A stretch of 64,000 nt of DNA, from the NCBI GenBank assembly GCA_041500225.1, contig JBGQLV010000007.1, positions 2,015-66,014 of the forward strand, read 5' to 3'. This stretch comes from Thermodesulfovibrionia bacterium (lineage in GTDB: Bacteria > Nitrospirota > Thermodesulfovibrionia > Thermodesulfovibrionales > SM23-35). Made by a program: the position numbers and the translations under genes. The notes under the pieces were generated by a model, which was given only the letters and a program-made list of their open reading frames with translations, made no database searches and was not told where the DNA came from. This document shows positions 27,581 to 36,081 of the stretch, piece after piece (the stretch's first letter is position 1; every line of letters starts with the position of its first letter).

Positions 27581-28534
27581 ATGGCGGAGATAACAGCGGT
27601 AGAACGATTAGAGAGAGCAAGAAAAAGTTTAGAAATCTCACAGGATAGGCTGGTTGAAATCAATGCAAGGTTGCCGATTCTATCGCGGGAGCTTGAGGAA
27701 CTGATTGTTACGAATGAAATTCACGGATACAAGGGCAGAACTATTGAGAAAGTTAGAGATGAGATAGCGAACCTTAAAAAAGAAAAAGACATTTTAGAAC
27801 AGACAATCGTTGCCTTACAAAAGAGGTTGCCGGAGCTTGAAAAAGAGGCAAGGATAGAGATAGCCTCTTCCGAGACGGTTGCTGAATATAAGATAGCCTT
27901 AATTGCTCTTTCAGACCTGATAAAAGAAGTCCCTGCCCTGGATGAACTGAAAGCGGCTGTCAGTAAGATCCAGAGATTCGCTGAAACATTAGAAAATAGA
28001 CAAAAGCAATTTTTTTCTCTTTCTCAAAAACTCAATCAAACTATGATAGAAGAAAAATTGTCGTCTGTTGGCAGTGTGGACATTGAAACTTTACGGACAA
28101 ATGCAGGGAACTTGATTTACGAAGAAATCTTAGCTCTTTCTGACGGATTAATTGACCTATCAAATGAATTGAATTCGCTGCAATTTTTCTTGTTTAAAAC
28201 AAGCACTGCCGCACTTGTTATTACAGATTTGCCCTTACCACATATTGAAGAAGAATGTGCTTGCCACAAGCACAGGAGGGGATTTAGACCAATGGAAGGT
28301 TGGATCTTGTTGGAATACCGACAAGACCCGGAATACTTCAACAAATGGGATTGGGTCTTAGTAGAAAAAGAGAGCGGGTTTAAGAACAAACCGTTTTTTC
28401 CTTGCGAGCGCAAACACCCCACTGTTCATAAGAAAAAGCCGGAATTGAGACCCTCAGACATACAGGGGCAAATGGTTTACAACGACAATGAAGCTGCTGA
28501 CAAAAGCATTACACCCGTTGAAGACGGTTTGTAA
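27581..28534 (+). CDS. Coiled-coil hypothetical protein
   Basis: RBS aaggag; long heptad-rich N-terminal two thirds. Confidence 0.75.
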   Translation: MAEITAVERLERARKSLEISQDRLVEINARLPILSRELEELIVTNEIHGYKGRTIEKVRDEIANLKKEKDILEQTIVALQKRLPELEKEARIEIASSETVAEYKIALIALSDLIKEVPALDELKAAVSKIQRFAETLENRQKQFFSLSQKLNQTMIEEKLSSVGSVDIETLRTNAGNLIYEEILALSDGLIDLSNELNSLQFFLFKTSTAALVITDLPLPHIEEECACHKHRRGFRPMEGWILLEYRQDPEYFNKWDWVLVEKESGFKNKPFFPCERKHPTVHKKKPELRPSDIQGQMVYNDNEAADKSITPVEDGL

Positions 28535-28563
28535 TAAATAATCAGTAAAAGGAGATAAAGAAG

Positions 28564-28761
28564 ATGGTTGAAGAAAAATTGAATGAATTGAAAGGGAAGC
28601 TAAATCAGCTTGATACCGCGCTGGAAAGGAAAGACAAAGTCATAGGTGTGTTAGCAGAAGAGAACAAGAAATTGAAAGCACAACTAAAAGATGATGAACC
28701 CGGGGCCTCCTACGCTGCCGAAAACGCGGAATTGATAAAACAGCACTTAAGGGAAAAATAG
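28564..28761 (+). CDS. Small coiled-coil hypothetical protein
   Basis: RBS aaggag; leucine heptads. Confidence 0.7.
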   Translation: MVEEKLNELKGKLNQLDTALERKDKVIGVLAEENKKLKAQLKDDEPGASYAAENAELIKQHLREK

Positions 28762-28867
28762 TCTGTAGCCGCCGGAAAGGCATAGCCAGTGCTAAAGACC
28801 TCCGTCCGGTCGGTGGCAAGGTCGATGCTCCTTGCCTTGGGTCCATACGGGGGCTGCCTCTATTTAC

Positions 28868-28903
28868 CGGGGGGCCATTAATTTTGTGGCCCCCTGCTTT
28901 TTC
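28868..28903 (+). terminator. Terminator/attenuator directly upstream of the TPR-glycosyltransferase gene
   Basis: gggggcca-loop-tggccccc followed by a T-run. Confidence 0.65.
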
Positions 28904-28916
28904 AGAAAGGAATGAT

Positions 28917-30371
28917 ATGAATATTGACAAAGCAAATCGCAGGGCTATCTTGTTGTATGAAGCAGGGGAAGTGGCCGAGGCGGCAATCATATTCGGAAAG
29001 GTCTTGCAGAAAAAACCATATAATCTTACCGCCAATCTCTATATGGGAGACAATTGCATAAAGGGGGAAAATTTTGGGGCAGCCGTGACGTATTTTAAAC
29101 GCGTTTTAAAAAGTGATGTTCTTCGTCGCGATAGCTCCGCACTTTTGGCCGTTTACTGTGGTTTAGGCTCGTCCCTCTGGAAAACAGGGCTTTATGAGGA
29201 AGCGACAGTTTATCATGAAAAGGCGATCAACCTTGCTCCGGAGGATCCAAAAAACTTTTTTAGTTATTATAATCTCGGACTGGCTAATTACGAGAGAGGG
29301 ATCTTCGACGAGGCTGGGAGAAATTTCAGAAAGGCATCAGAATTAAATCCTGAAGACCCTCGTCCACATGCGAACTTAGCTCACATACTTCTTTTAAACG
29401 GCAATTTTCAAGAAGGTTGGGAAGAGAGCGAATTTTGGGTAGAAATACCCGGTAAGGCCATGCCTTCTTTCTGCGTTTCCATTGATGAATGGGATGGGTC
29501 ACCTTTGACGGGGGAAAAGATATTTATTGGTTCCGATCATCATGTTGGGGATATGATAATGTGGGCTTCCTGCTTTGAAAAAATAATTGACCAGGCAGAT
29601 TTCTGTCTTGTGGAATGCGACCAAAGGCTTATCCCACTTTTCAAGCGGTCATTCCCAAAAACGGAATTTATAAAAATACTCTCGTTTAAAGAAGTTAATG
29701 AGCACACTATAAAGAAAATCGATGCCATGGACTGGACTATTGCAGCGGACCGTATCCCGAAGTTCATGCGTCCTGACATCAATAGTTTCCCGAGAAAAAA
29801 GTCATATCTTATTCCGGATCCCGAGAAGGTCGCAGATTGGCGGAATCGCCTTAAATCACTCGGAGAGGGTCTTAAAGTTGGCATCTCCTGGCGGGGCGGC
29901 AGTGTACCCATTATAATGAAAAAGAGATCGACAACACTAATGCAATGGGCCCCAATTCTTAGAATACCCGGAGTGCATTTCATCAATTTGCAGTATGGCG
30001 ATTGCCATAATGACCTACAGGAAATAAAAGAAAGCCTTGGTATAACGATTCACGATTGGGATGATGTAGATCCACTTAAAGACTTGGAAACTTCTGCAGC
30101 TCAGATTGTAGTTCTTGACTTGATCATTTCTGTTGACAATACAACCGTTCACATGTCCGGCGCCTTGGGAGTCCCAACCTGGGTACTATTGCCCTATATT
30201 TGCAACTGGCGCTGGCTCAGAGATGTTGAAGATAGCTACTGGTATCCGAGCCTGAGATTAGTAAGACAAAAAAACATTGATGATTTTGATGAACTTATTA
30301 CCGGCGTTGCTTTCGATCTATTGAAGCTCATAGAGACAGAGGGTTGTGAAAATCAATTTTTCCCCGTGTAA
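28917..30371 (+). CDS. TPR-repeat protein with C-terminal GT-B (GT9-like) glycosyltransferase domain
   Basis: TPR motifs; VGISWRGG, LQYG, DLIISVDNTTVHMSGALGVPTWVLLP, WRW, WYPS; RBS gaaagga before ATG 28917. Confidence 0.87.
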   Translation: MNIDKANRRAILLYEAGEVAEAAIIFGKVLQKKPYNLTANLYMGDNCIKGENFGAAVTYFKRVLKSDVLRRDSSALLAVYCGLGSSLWKTGLYEEATVYHEKAINLAPEDPKNFFSYYNLGLANYERGIFDEAGRNFRKASELNPEDPRPHANLAHILLLNGNFQEGWEESEFWVEIPGKAMPSFCVSIDEWDGSPLTGEKIFIGSDHHVGDMIMWASCFEKIIDQADFCLVECDQRLIPLFKRSFPKTEFIKILSFKEVNEHTIKKIDAMDWTIAADRIPKFMRPDINSFPRKKSYLIPDPEKVADWRNRLKSLGEGLKVGISWRGGSVPIIMKKRSTTLMQWAPILRIPGVHFINLQYGDCHNDLQEIKESLGITIHDWDDVDPLKDLETSAAQIVVLDLIISVDNTTVHMSGALGVPTWVLLPYICNWRWLRDVEDSYWYPSLRLVRQKNIDDFDELITGVAFDLLKLIETEGCENQFFPV

Positions 30372-30808
30372 AGGTCATGAATATATTCATAGGCTTCCTT
30401 TATCTCCAATCGATAGAACTCCTTCAATTCTTGTATTTCGTTTTTGAGTCTCTTTGGAACCTTTCCTTTGTAATATTTGATCATCTCAGAATTTAGAGAA
30501 TCGATTTCTTTGCCCAGATTGTTAGATTCTTTTTCTGCATTTTTGCTGGCATCCTCAGCATGATAGATTTCTTCTCTCATGTTACTTGGTATTCTTCCAC
30601 TATATTGTATCTCTATAGCTTTTCGTTTTCTCAGTCCTTGTTCTGTTATTGCTGTACTTTTAAGTTCGTGTGCCTTTTCAATAATATCCAATCTATAAGC
30701 CCTTATTCTTTTTGAATAATCGTCCTGAATTTCATCTGCATATGCCAGATTGCAAAAAAAATAACCCGTCAAGATCATAACCCAAAATAATGATTTCCCA
30801 TTAATCAT
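30353..30808 (-). CDS. Putative exported helical protein
   Basis: Signal peptide ending in AYA; RBS aggagg. Confidence 0.72.
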   Translation of the reverse strand: MINGKSLFWVMILTGYFFCNLAYADEIQDDYSKRIRAYRLDIIEKAHELKSTAITEQGLRKRKAIEIQYSGRIPSNMREEIYHAEDASKNAEKESNNLGKEIDSLNSEMIKYYKGKVPKRLKNEIQELKEFYRLEIKEAYEYIHDLYTGKN

Positions 30809-30985
30809 AAGATCCTCCTATTTCATAATTTTGGTCGATCGACTCCCAAATGACCTACCAAATCGTCAAGAAAACCACCTCTTATCTTATCCCCTCTTGG
30901 AAAAATTTATAGCACTATTGCAAAATATTTACAAGAAAATTTTAAAAAATTATTGGTTTTCTTGCTGATAAGAAGAAGACCAAAA

Positions 30986-31954
30986 TCAGGCAGAAGATCC
31001 AGTTAATTCTCTGATTCTATATTCTCTCTGCCGACATTTTTTTTCATAGCAATACTTTCTCTGCTGCTCAGTTAATGCCTCAAAACTACGTTTACAACAA
31101 AGGCAGGTTTTGTAAACAGGAGTTTCATTGCTAATAATTTTCTTTGAAAGTTTTTTAAACAACGAAATAAAACTTTTATTGTCAACAAGTATCCGGCAGT
31201 CTTTTTTTACCAGCCCTGCTTTTTTCAGCCTTTCTATATATGTCTTTTGTAATTGAGGCTTTTCTATCTCTTTGATTCTTCTATTTACCTTTTGTTCCAC
31301 CTTCTCTTTAAGCCTTTTCCGTTCTCTGTCCTTAACCTTGTTATTCGAAATAAGGTTTATCTTCGATAGCATTTCTTTTTTAATGATTGTTTTGTACATA
31401 GGAATATCGTGCTTTTTAATTATTTTGACAATATCGCTTTCAGAGTCCCTTTCTTCACCAGCGCGCAATTGCACATAAAAAGTCAAAGAATCATCTTTGT
31501 TTCTTGGTGTGCCCCTTTTTTCCCTAACAAGAAACGCCCACCTATTTTTTTTTGCGACCTTGATGTATATGACATTTACGATCTCCCACAGTATTTTAAA
31601 AATGGCTTTATGCGGGTAAATAGAATCATACCAACTCTTGCCTTCTTGAGATTCCCTTCCTAAGCTCTTTGTAATAAGCCATAAATCTTTTTCAATTTTG
31701 AGAGGCAAATTGTATTCAAGCCTGACTAATTTTCTCTCGTAATCTATTTCAAGATCAGAGTTAAGTGGAATCTGAGAACCTACGATGAGTCTTTCAAAGA
31801 GACTATCGCTGAGTTTAGGCAATTTATTTTCTTCGAAATAATCAGTCAGTTTCTGCCTCATATTATGCTTTTTTGTTATGCCTTTTAGAGCCTTAGTTGT
31901 AAAGGCTTTGCAAGCGTTACATCTTTTTAAAGCTCTTGTTTGATTCACTTTCAT
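30986..31954 (-). CDS. Hypothetical basic protein with C-terminal zinc-finger-like motif; possible regulator (start uncertain)
   Basis: CLCCKRSF...RKYC...CRQR at the C-terminus; divergent from the replication operon. Confidence 0.65.
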   Translation of the reverse strand: MKVNQTRALKRCNACKAFTTKALKGITKKHNMRQKLTDYFEENKLPKLSDSLFERLIVGSQIPLNSDLEIDYERKLVRLEYNLPLKIEKDLWLITKSLGRESQEGKSWYDSIYPHKAIFKILWEIVNVIYIKVAKKNRWAFLVREKRGTPRNKDDSLTFYVQLRAGEERDSESDIVKIIKKHDIPMYKTIIKKEMLSKINLISNNKVKDRERKRLKEKVEQKVNRRIKEIEKPQLQKTYIERLKKAGLVKKDCRILVDNKSFISLFKKLSKKIISNETPVYKTCLCCKRSFEALTEQQRKYCYEKKCRQREYRIRELTGSSA

Positions 31955-31997
31955 AGGTTAACATTTAAGCATAAAAAAGTAAACAAAGGAGCTAAAA

Positions 31998-32177
31998 ATG
32001 AAAGCACATCCGAAGGCAAAAAACATTGTTCTGAAACTACGCAGAGCTGTCAGGCACGGCCTCACGATTTATGTTTCGCTGCCATCTGAATTCGTTAAGA
32101 GAAATAACATTGAGCCTGGGGAAGATTTGGTTGTAATTGCATCGAACACCACGGTTCAGATTATGAAGCCGAGGTAA
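31998..32177 (+). CDS. AbrB/MazE/SpoVT-type DNA-binding protein (59 aa, below the ORF-track cut-off)
   Basis: RBS aaggag; GLTIYVSLPSEFVKRNNIEPGEDL swapped-hairpin pattern. Confidence 0.75.
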   Translation: MKAHPKAKNIVLKLRRAVRHGLTIYVSLPSEFVKRNNIEPGEDLVVIASNTTVQIMKPR

Positions 32178-32183
32178 GGAATT

Positions 32184-33809
32184 ATGGCAGAAAATAACAA
32201 GAAACTTCAGGCTTTGGCTTATGCTGAAAGGCTTGGTTTTTCGATCATCCCGGTCGGCAAAAATAAAAAGCCTCTCATAAAGTGGGAAGCATATCAAAAA
32301 CAGAAAGCAAGCCCAGATGAAATAAAGAATTGGTGGGTCAAATGGCCGGATGCAAATATAGGGATCGTTACAGGTATGATCTCAAACCTCGCGGTAATTG
32401 ATGTTGACACCGAAGAAGGCAAAGAGGCGATACAGGGATATATCCCCGAGAGTTTGATCATGCCGGTCTGTAGCACTCCCAAAAGCGGTCAGCATATGTA
32501 TTTCACCTGTCCTGACGAGAAGCTCACAAATAATGCCAGGGTGGTCCCGGGCTGTGACCTGCGAGCAAACGGCGGTTACGTCGTGTGTCCGCCTTCAGAT
32601 AATGGCAACGGTCAAGCCTATGCTTTTCTAAAGGGGTTATCGCCTTTCGAGATTGACAGGCCAGCACTCCCGGAGGCGTATTTGTCTTTCATAAAGAATG
32701 CATCTTGTATTAATACTTGTTCTTGTATTAAGGGGGGTATGGGGGGGGATGAAAAACCCCTGTTTATAGAAGGGCACCGGAATGAAGACCTTTTTCATAT
32801 TGCTCATTGTCTAACAAAAGGGAGTGCAAAAAGGTATGAGGCTGAGCAAGTCCTTAAAATAATTGCAAAAAACTGTATTCCACCCTATCCCGAAAAAGAG
32901 ATTGAAACAATAATCCAAAGTGCTTTAGACCGAAAAGTTCGGGGCGAATCTGGCCTGACTGATGACATAAAGCGTATCATTTCGTTTCAAGACGGTTTCT
33001 TTCACGTAGCCGATTTAGTCAAGCAGTATCAAGAGTATCAAAACATAACTGATGTTTCAAATAGTATCAAAAATCAAGTAAGGGTAATTGTAAAAAGATT
33101 AAGGGATGACGGAATAATTCAAAAGGAGGGAAAGAAAGAAGGGATTTACCGGCGCGTTGATGAAATATCTGATGTTATAGATTGGGAGAACGCCGATGTT
33201 AAACCCTTAGAAATAGCATGGCCTTTTAATATCGAGGACTACTTTAATACCTACAAAAAAAATATCGCAGTCGTAGCCGGTAGCCCTGATGCCGGGAAAA
33301 CCGCTTTTCTTCTAAACTTTGCAGCCATGAATGTCAAAAAGCATGAAACACATTTTTTTTCCTGCGAAATGGGAGCAATAGAATTAAAAAGCAGAATAAT
33401 GAAATTCGATTCTCAGAGTCGAGAGAACTTTAAAAAAGTTAGGTTCTATGAACGGACTTCAAATTTTGTAGATGTCATTAGGCCGGATAAGGTCAATATC
33501 ATCGACTACATTGAACTCACCGAAGATTTCTGGAAGGTCACTCTTTATATTAAAGAAATATTCGATAAGCTCACATCGGGGATCGCGGTTATAGCCTTAC
33601 AAAAGAAACGAGGGCAACAGGTAGCAATAGGAGGGGAAGGCTCGCTGCAGAAGCCTCGACTTTACCTTGCAATGGATTCAGGAAGGTTACAGATCGTCAA
33701 AGCTAAGAACTGGGCGCATGACGGAATAAACCCGACTAATTTAGTGATGAATTTCAAACTTGTGCAGGGGTGCGGATTCATACCTAAAGGTACTTGGGAG
33801 AGAAACTAA
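32184..33809 (+). CDS. Bifunctional primase/polymerase fused to a RecA/DnaB-like helicase
   Basis: NIGIVTG, VIDVD, TPKSGQHMYF, DLRANGGYVVCPPS; PriCT-like EGHRNE; Walker A GSPDAGKT and Walker B IIDY. Confidence 0.9.
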   Translation: MAENNKKLQALAYAERLGFSIIPVGKNKKPLIKWEAYQKQKASPDEIKNWWVKWPDANIGIVTGMISNLAVIDVDTEEGKEAIQGYIPESLIMPVCSTPKSGQHMYFTCPDEKLTNNARVVPGCDLRANGGYVVCPPSDNGNGQAYAFLKGLSPFEIDRPALPEAYLSFIKNASCINTCSCIKGGMGGDEKPLFIEGHRNEDLFHIAHCLTKGSAKRYEAEQVLKIIAKNCIPPYPEKEIETIIQSALDRKVRGESGLTDDIKRIISFQDGFFHVADLVKQYQEYQNITDVSNSIKNQVRVIVKRLRDDGIIQKEGKKEGIYRRVDEISDVIDWENADVKPLEIAWPFNIEDYFNTYKKNIAVVAGSPDAGKTAFLLNFAAMNVKKHETHFFSCEMGAIELKSRIMKFDSQSRENFKKVRFYERTSNFVDVIRPDKVNIIDYIELTEDFWKVTLYIKEIFDKLTSGIAVIALQKKRGQQVAIGGEGSLQKPRLYLAMDSGRLQIVKAKNWAHDGINPTNLVMNFKLVQGCGFIPKGTWERN

Positions 33810-33826
33810 AACAAGGGAGGTCTAAG

Positions 33827-34021
33827 ATGCAATTGGACATGGCAAAACCAATCGAAGAATTAAAGATTGAGGATCGGATTTATAAAATCCTCATGGCTCA
33901 TGGTATTCGTAAAGGAAGCGGGGTCTACAAAGATTATGAAAAAGCAAAAACAATTATTGAAAGACATAATTTTTCTTACGATGTCGCAATAAAAGAAATT
34001 TGTGAATATTTAGAAATCTGA
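33827..34021 (+). CDS. Small protein resembling the RNA polymerase alpha C-terminal domain
   Basis: RBS gggagg before ATG 33827; KPIEELKIEDRIYKILMAHGI pattern. Confidence 0.55.
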   Translation: MQLDMAKPIEELKIEDRIYKILMAHGIRKGSGVYKDYEKAKTIIERHNFSYDVAIKEICEYLEI

Positions 34022-34024
34022 TAT

Positions 34025-34438
34025 GTGGCAGATACAAGAATAGTGGATAGCTTTGACTACATGAGGAAATCCAGAGCGATCTCCCGGGGCGATAACGAGG
34101 CGCACCACAAGGGCAACGCCTATGATCAAATACCGGCAGAATCTAATTTTTTCCGTGCCGATAAATTCTTACTTAAAGGAGAAACAGCGAAAAGCGACCA
34201 AATCACAGAAGAAGTTGAATCTCCGACAGATTGCACTATTCGGCAGCGCTATATTTGTCTTTCAGACGCTCTCAAGCTTTTACGAAATCAAATGTCAGAA
34301 AGGGACGCCCTTATCTTCATTGCCCGGTTTTATTACAAGTTAAAACTCAAAGACCTTGAATCTATCTTCCGGCTTGATCTCTCGAACATTTCAAGAGTTG
34401 CTCAGAAGGCTGAACGAAAGCTAAAGGTCAGAGGATGA
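34025..34438 (+). CDS. Sigma70 region-4-like HTH protein
   Basis: MSERDALIFIARFYYKLKLKDLESIFRLDLSNISRVAQKAERKLK. Confidence 0.7.
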   Translation: MADTRIVDSFDYMRKSRAISRGDNEAHHKGNAYDQIPAESNFFRADKFLLKGETAKSDQITEEVESPTDCTIRQRYICLSDALKLLRNQMSERDALIFIARFYYKLKLKDLESIFRLDLSNISRVAQKAERKLKVRG

Positions 34439-34671
34439 TGCAGATCGTCACCATAAAAGAACTCTCAGAGCTTTTAAAGGTCAAAGAGAAGACCCTTTAC
34501 CAATGGGCCGAGACAAGGCAAATTCCATGTCTTAAACTTAACGGCGCTCTCCGGTTCGACCTACACGATATTCAACGGTGGATTGCATCTTGTAAAAATA
34601 CCCCCTCCGGTGGTTATAATTCATTTGCTCAAACTGCCGTCGGAAGTCCCAGGAAGGGGGTGAAAGTCTAA
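34435..34671 (+). CDS. xis: Excisionase-like HTH_17 protein
   Basis: TIKELSELLKVKEKTLYQWA...IPCLKLNGALRFD; overlaps the integrase start. Confidence 0.85.
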   Translation: MMQIVTIKELSELLKVKEKTLYQWAETRQIPCLKLNGALRFDLHDIQRWIASCKNTPSGGYNSFAQTAVGSPRKGVKV

Positions 34672-35741
34672 TGGGAATTTACCGACGCGGTAAAACGTAT
34701 TGGATGTCAATTATAATGCCTGGAAGAGGGCAAATTAGACAGTCCACACGCACAGAAAACAGGAAACTTGCGGAAAAGATTTACGGGAAAATGTTGACTG
34801 ACTTGGAAGAAGGAAGATGGTTTGAAAATCAAGCTAAGAGAAAGACACTAAAAGAGATGCTCGATAGATACGAAAAAGAATACACTGATTCTAAAACTTA
34901 CTACTCGAAGGCCCGGGATAAATCCATTTTCAAAAATCTCTATGCTTTCCTTGGCGAGGACGCATCCCTTCAGGAGGTTGAAACACTGATAGGCGGATAC
35001 GAACAGCACAGAAGGGCGGAAGGTGCAAAGCCTGCGACTGTCATTAAGGAGCTCGGTCTTCTACGGCGGGTCTTCAACGTAGCTCGTAAACAATGGAAAT
35101 GGAAGATGCAGAATCCGATATCGGAGATCGAAATGCCAAAGGTTAGCAATGAGCGGGTGAGGTATCTTTCGGAGTCTGAATATATTGCCCTTTTCGAAGC
35201 TCTCGATAAGGTGTCAGAGAAATGGCTTAAGCCCTGTGTCACTATCGCGATTGATACAGGACTTAGGCTTTCGAATATCTGTAACCTTCAATGGTCTGAG
35301 GTCAATCTTTTTAGTCGATTGATCATCATTGCTGCAGTTAGTATGAAAAATGATGAACATCTCGGTATCCCTCTCACTGAGAGAGCCAGTCAGACCTTCA
35401 GGGAGCTTCAGAGAGTAAGAGCAATATCAGATCATGTCTTTCACGACAACGGGCAAAAGATTTACCCTGTGAAAGTCCAGAGGGCATTCAAGAAAGCTCT
35501 CAGTTCAACAAAGATCGTTAATTTTCACTTTCATGATCTGAGACATACCTTTGCATCAAGGCTTGTTCAGTCAGGCGTAGACATTTATGCGGTGCAAAAA
35601 CTCTTAGGGCATAAGGACGGGAGAATGACAAAAAGATACGCTCACCTGAACGTCGATAACCTCAGAGAAGCGGTGGCGAAACTTGAATCTATCACAAATC
35701 TATCACAGTCAAAGGAAATCAAGGATGCAATATCGCTGTAA
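34671..35741 (+). CDS. int: Tyrosine integrase
   Basis: TGLR, FHDLRHTFAS, LLGH, RYAH catalytic residues; ends at the att site. Confidence 0.96.
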   Translation: MGIYRRGKTYWMSIIMPGRGQIRQSTRTENRKLAEKIYGKMLTDLEEGRWFENQAKRKTLKEMLDRYEKEYTDSKTYYSKARDKSIFKNLYAFLGEDASLQEVETLIGGYEQHRRAEGAKPATVIKELGLLRRVFNVARKQWKWKMQNPISEIEMPKVSNERVRYLSESEYIALFEALDKVSEKWLKPCVTIAIDTGLRLSNICNLQWSEVNLFSRLIIIAAVSMKNDEHLGIPLTERASQTFRELQRVRAISDHVFHDNGQKIYPVKVQRAFKKALSSTKIVNFHFHDLRHTFASRLVQSGVDIYAVQKLLGHKDGRMTKRYAHLNVDNLREAVAKLESITNLSQSKEIKDAISL

Positions 35742-35755
35742 ACCCTTGATTTTAT

Positions 35756-35831
35756 TGGCGGTCCCAACGGGAGTCGAACCCGTGTTTTAGCCTTGAGAGG
35801 GCCACGTCCTGGGCCTCTAGACGATGGGACC
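35756..35831 (-). tRNA. tRNA-Glu(CTC)
   Basis: GGTCCCATCGTCTAGAGGCCCAGGAC...CTCTCAA...GGTTCGACTCCCGTTGGGACCGCCA cloverleaf. Confidence 0.96.
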
Positions 35832-35836
35832 GTGTT

Positions 35837-35910
35837 TGGCTGGGGAGAGAGGATTCGAACCCCTGTAAGCAGATCCAGAGCCTGCCGTCCTACCACTGGA
35901 CGACTCCCCA
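35837..35910 (-). tRNA. tRNA-Gln(CTG)
   Basis: TGGGGAGTCGTCCAGTGGTAGGAC...CTCTGGA...GGTTCGAATCCTCTCTCCCCAGCCA. Confidence 0.95.
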
Positions 35911-36081
35911 AAAAGCAATATTTTCAATGATTTACAGAAGTTTTAATATATCATAAATCTTTTAAACCCGTCAATTAACTACTCATTTTTAAGCAACATT
36001 TGTGAGAATAGAATAATCTATTGGCTTGACAGAGTGGTGTATATCCTTGACATAAAGTCATACATAAATTAAATTATCTAA

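Larger units (their letters stand above)
25176..35799. mobile_element. Integrative element / phage-satellite-like island in tRNA-Glu
   Basis: 56-bp direct repeats at both ends (one is the tRNA 3' half); integrase, Xis-like HTH and primase-helicase inside. Confidence 0.93.

Noticed and set aside
27092-27593. ORFs 27092-27439 (-) and 27195-27593 (+)
   Set aside because: Mutually overlapping, with no clear RBS or motif; the plus ORF overlaps the next gene's RBS, so left unannotated
35642-35911. 89-aa minus-strand ORF
   Set aside because: It is a translation of the two tRNA genes
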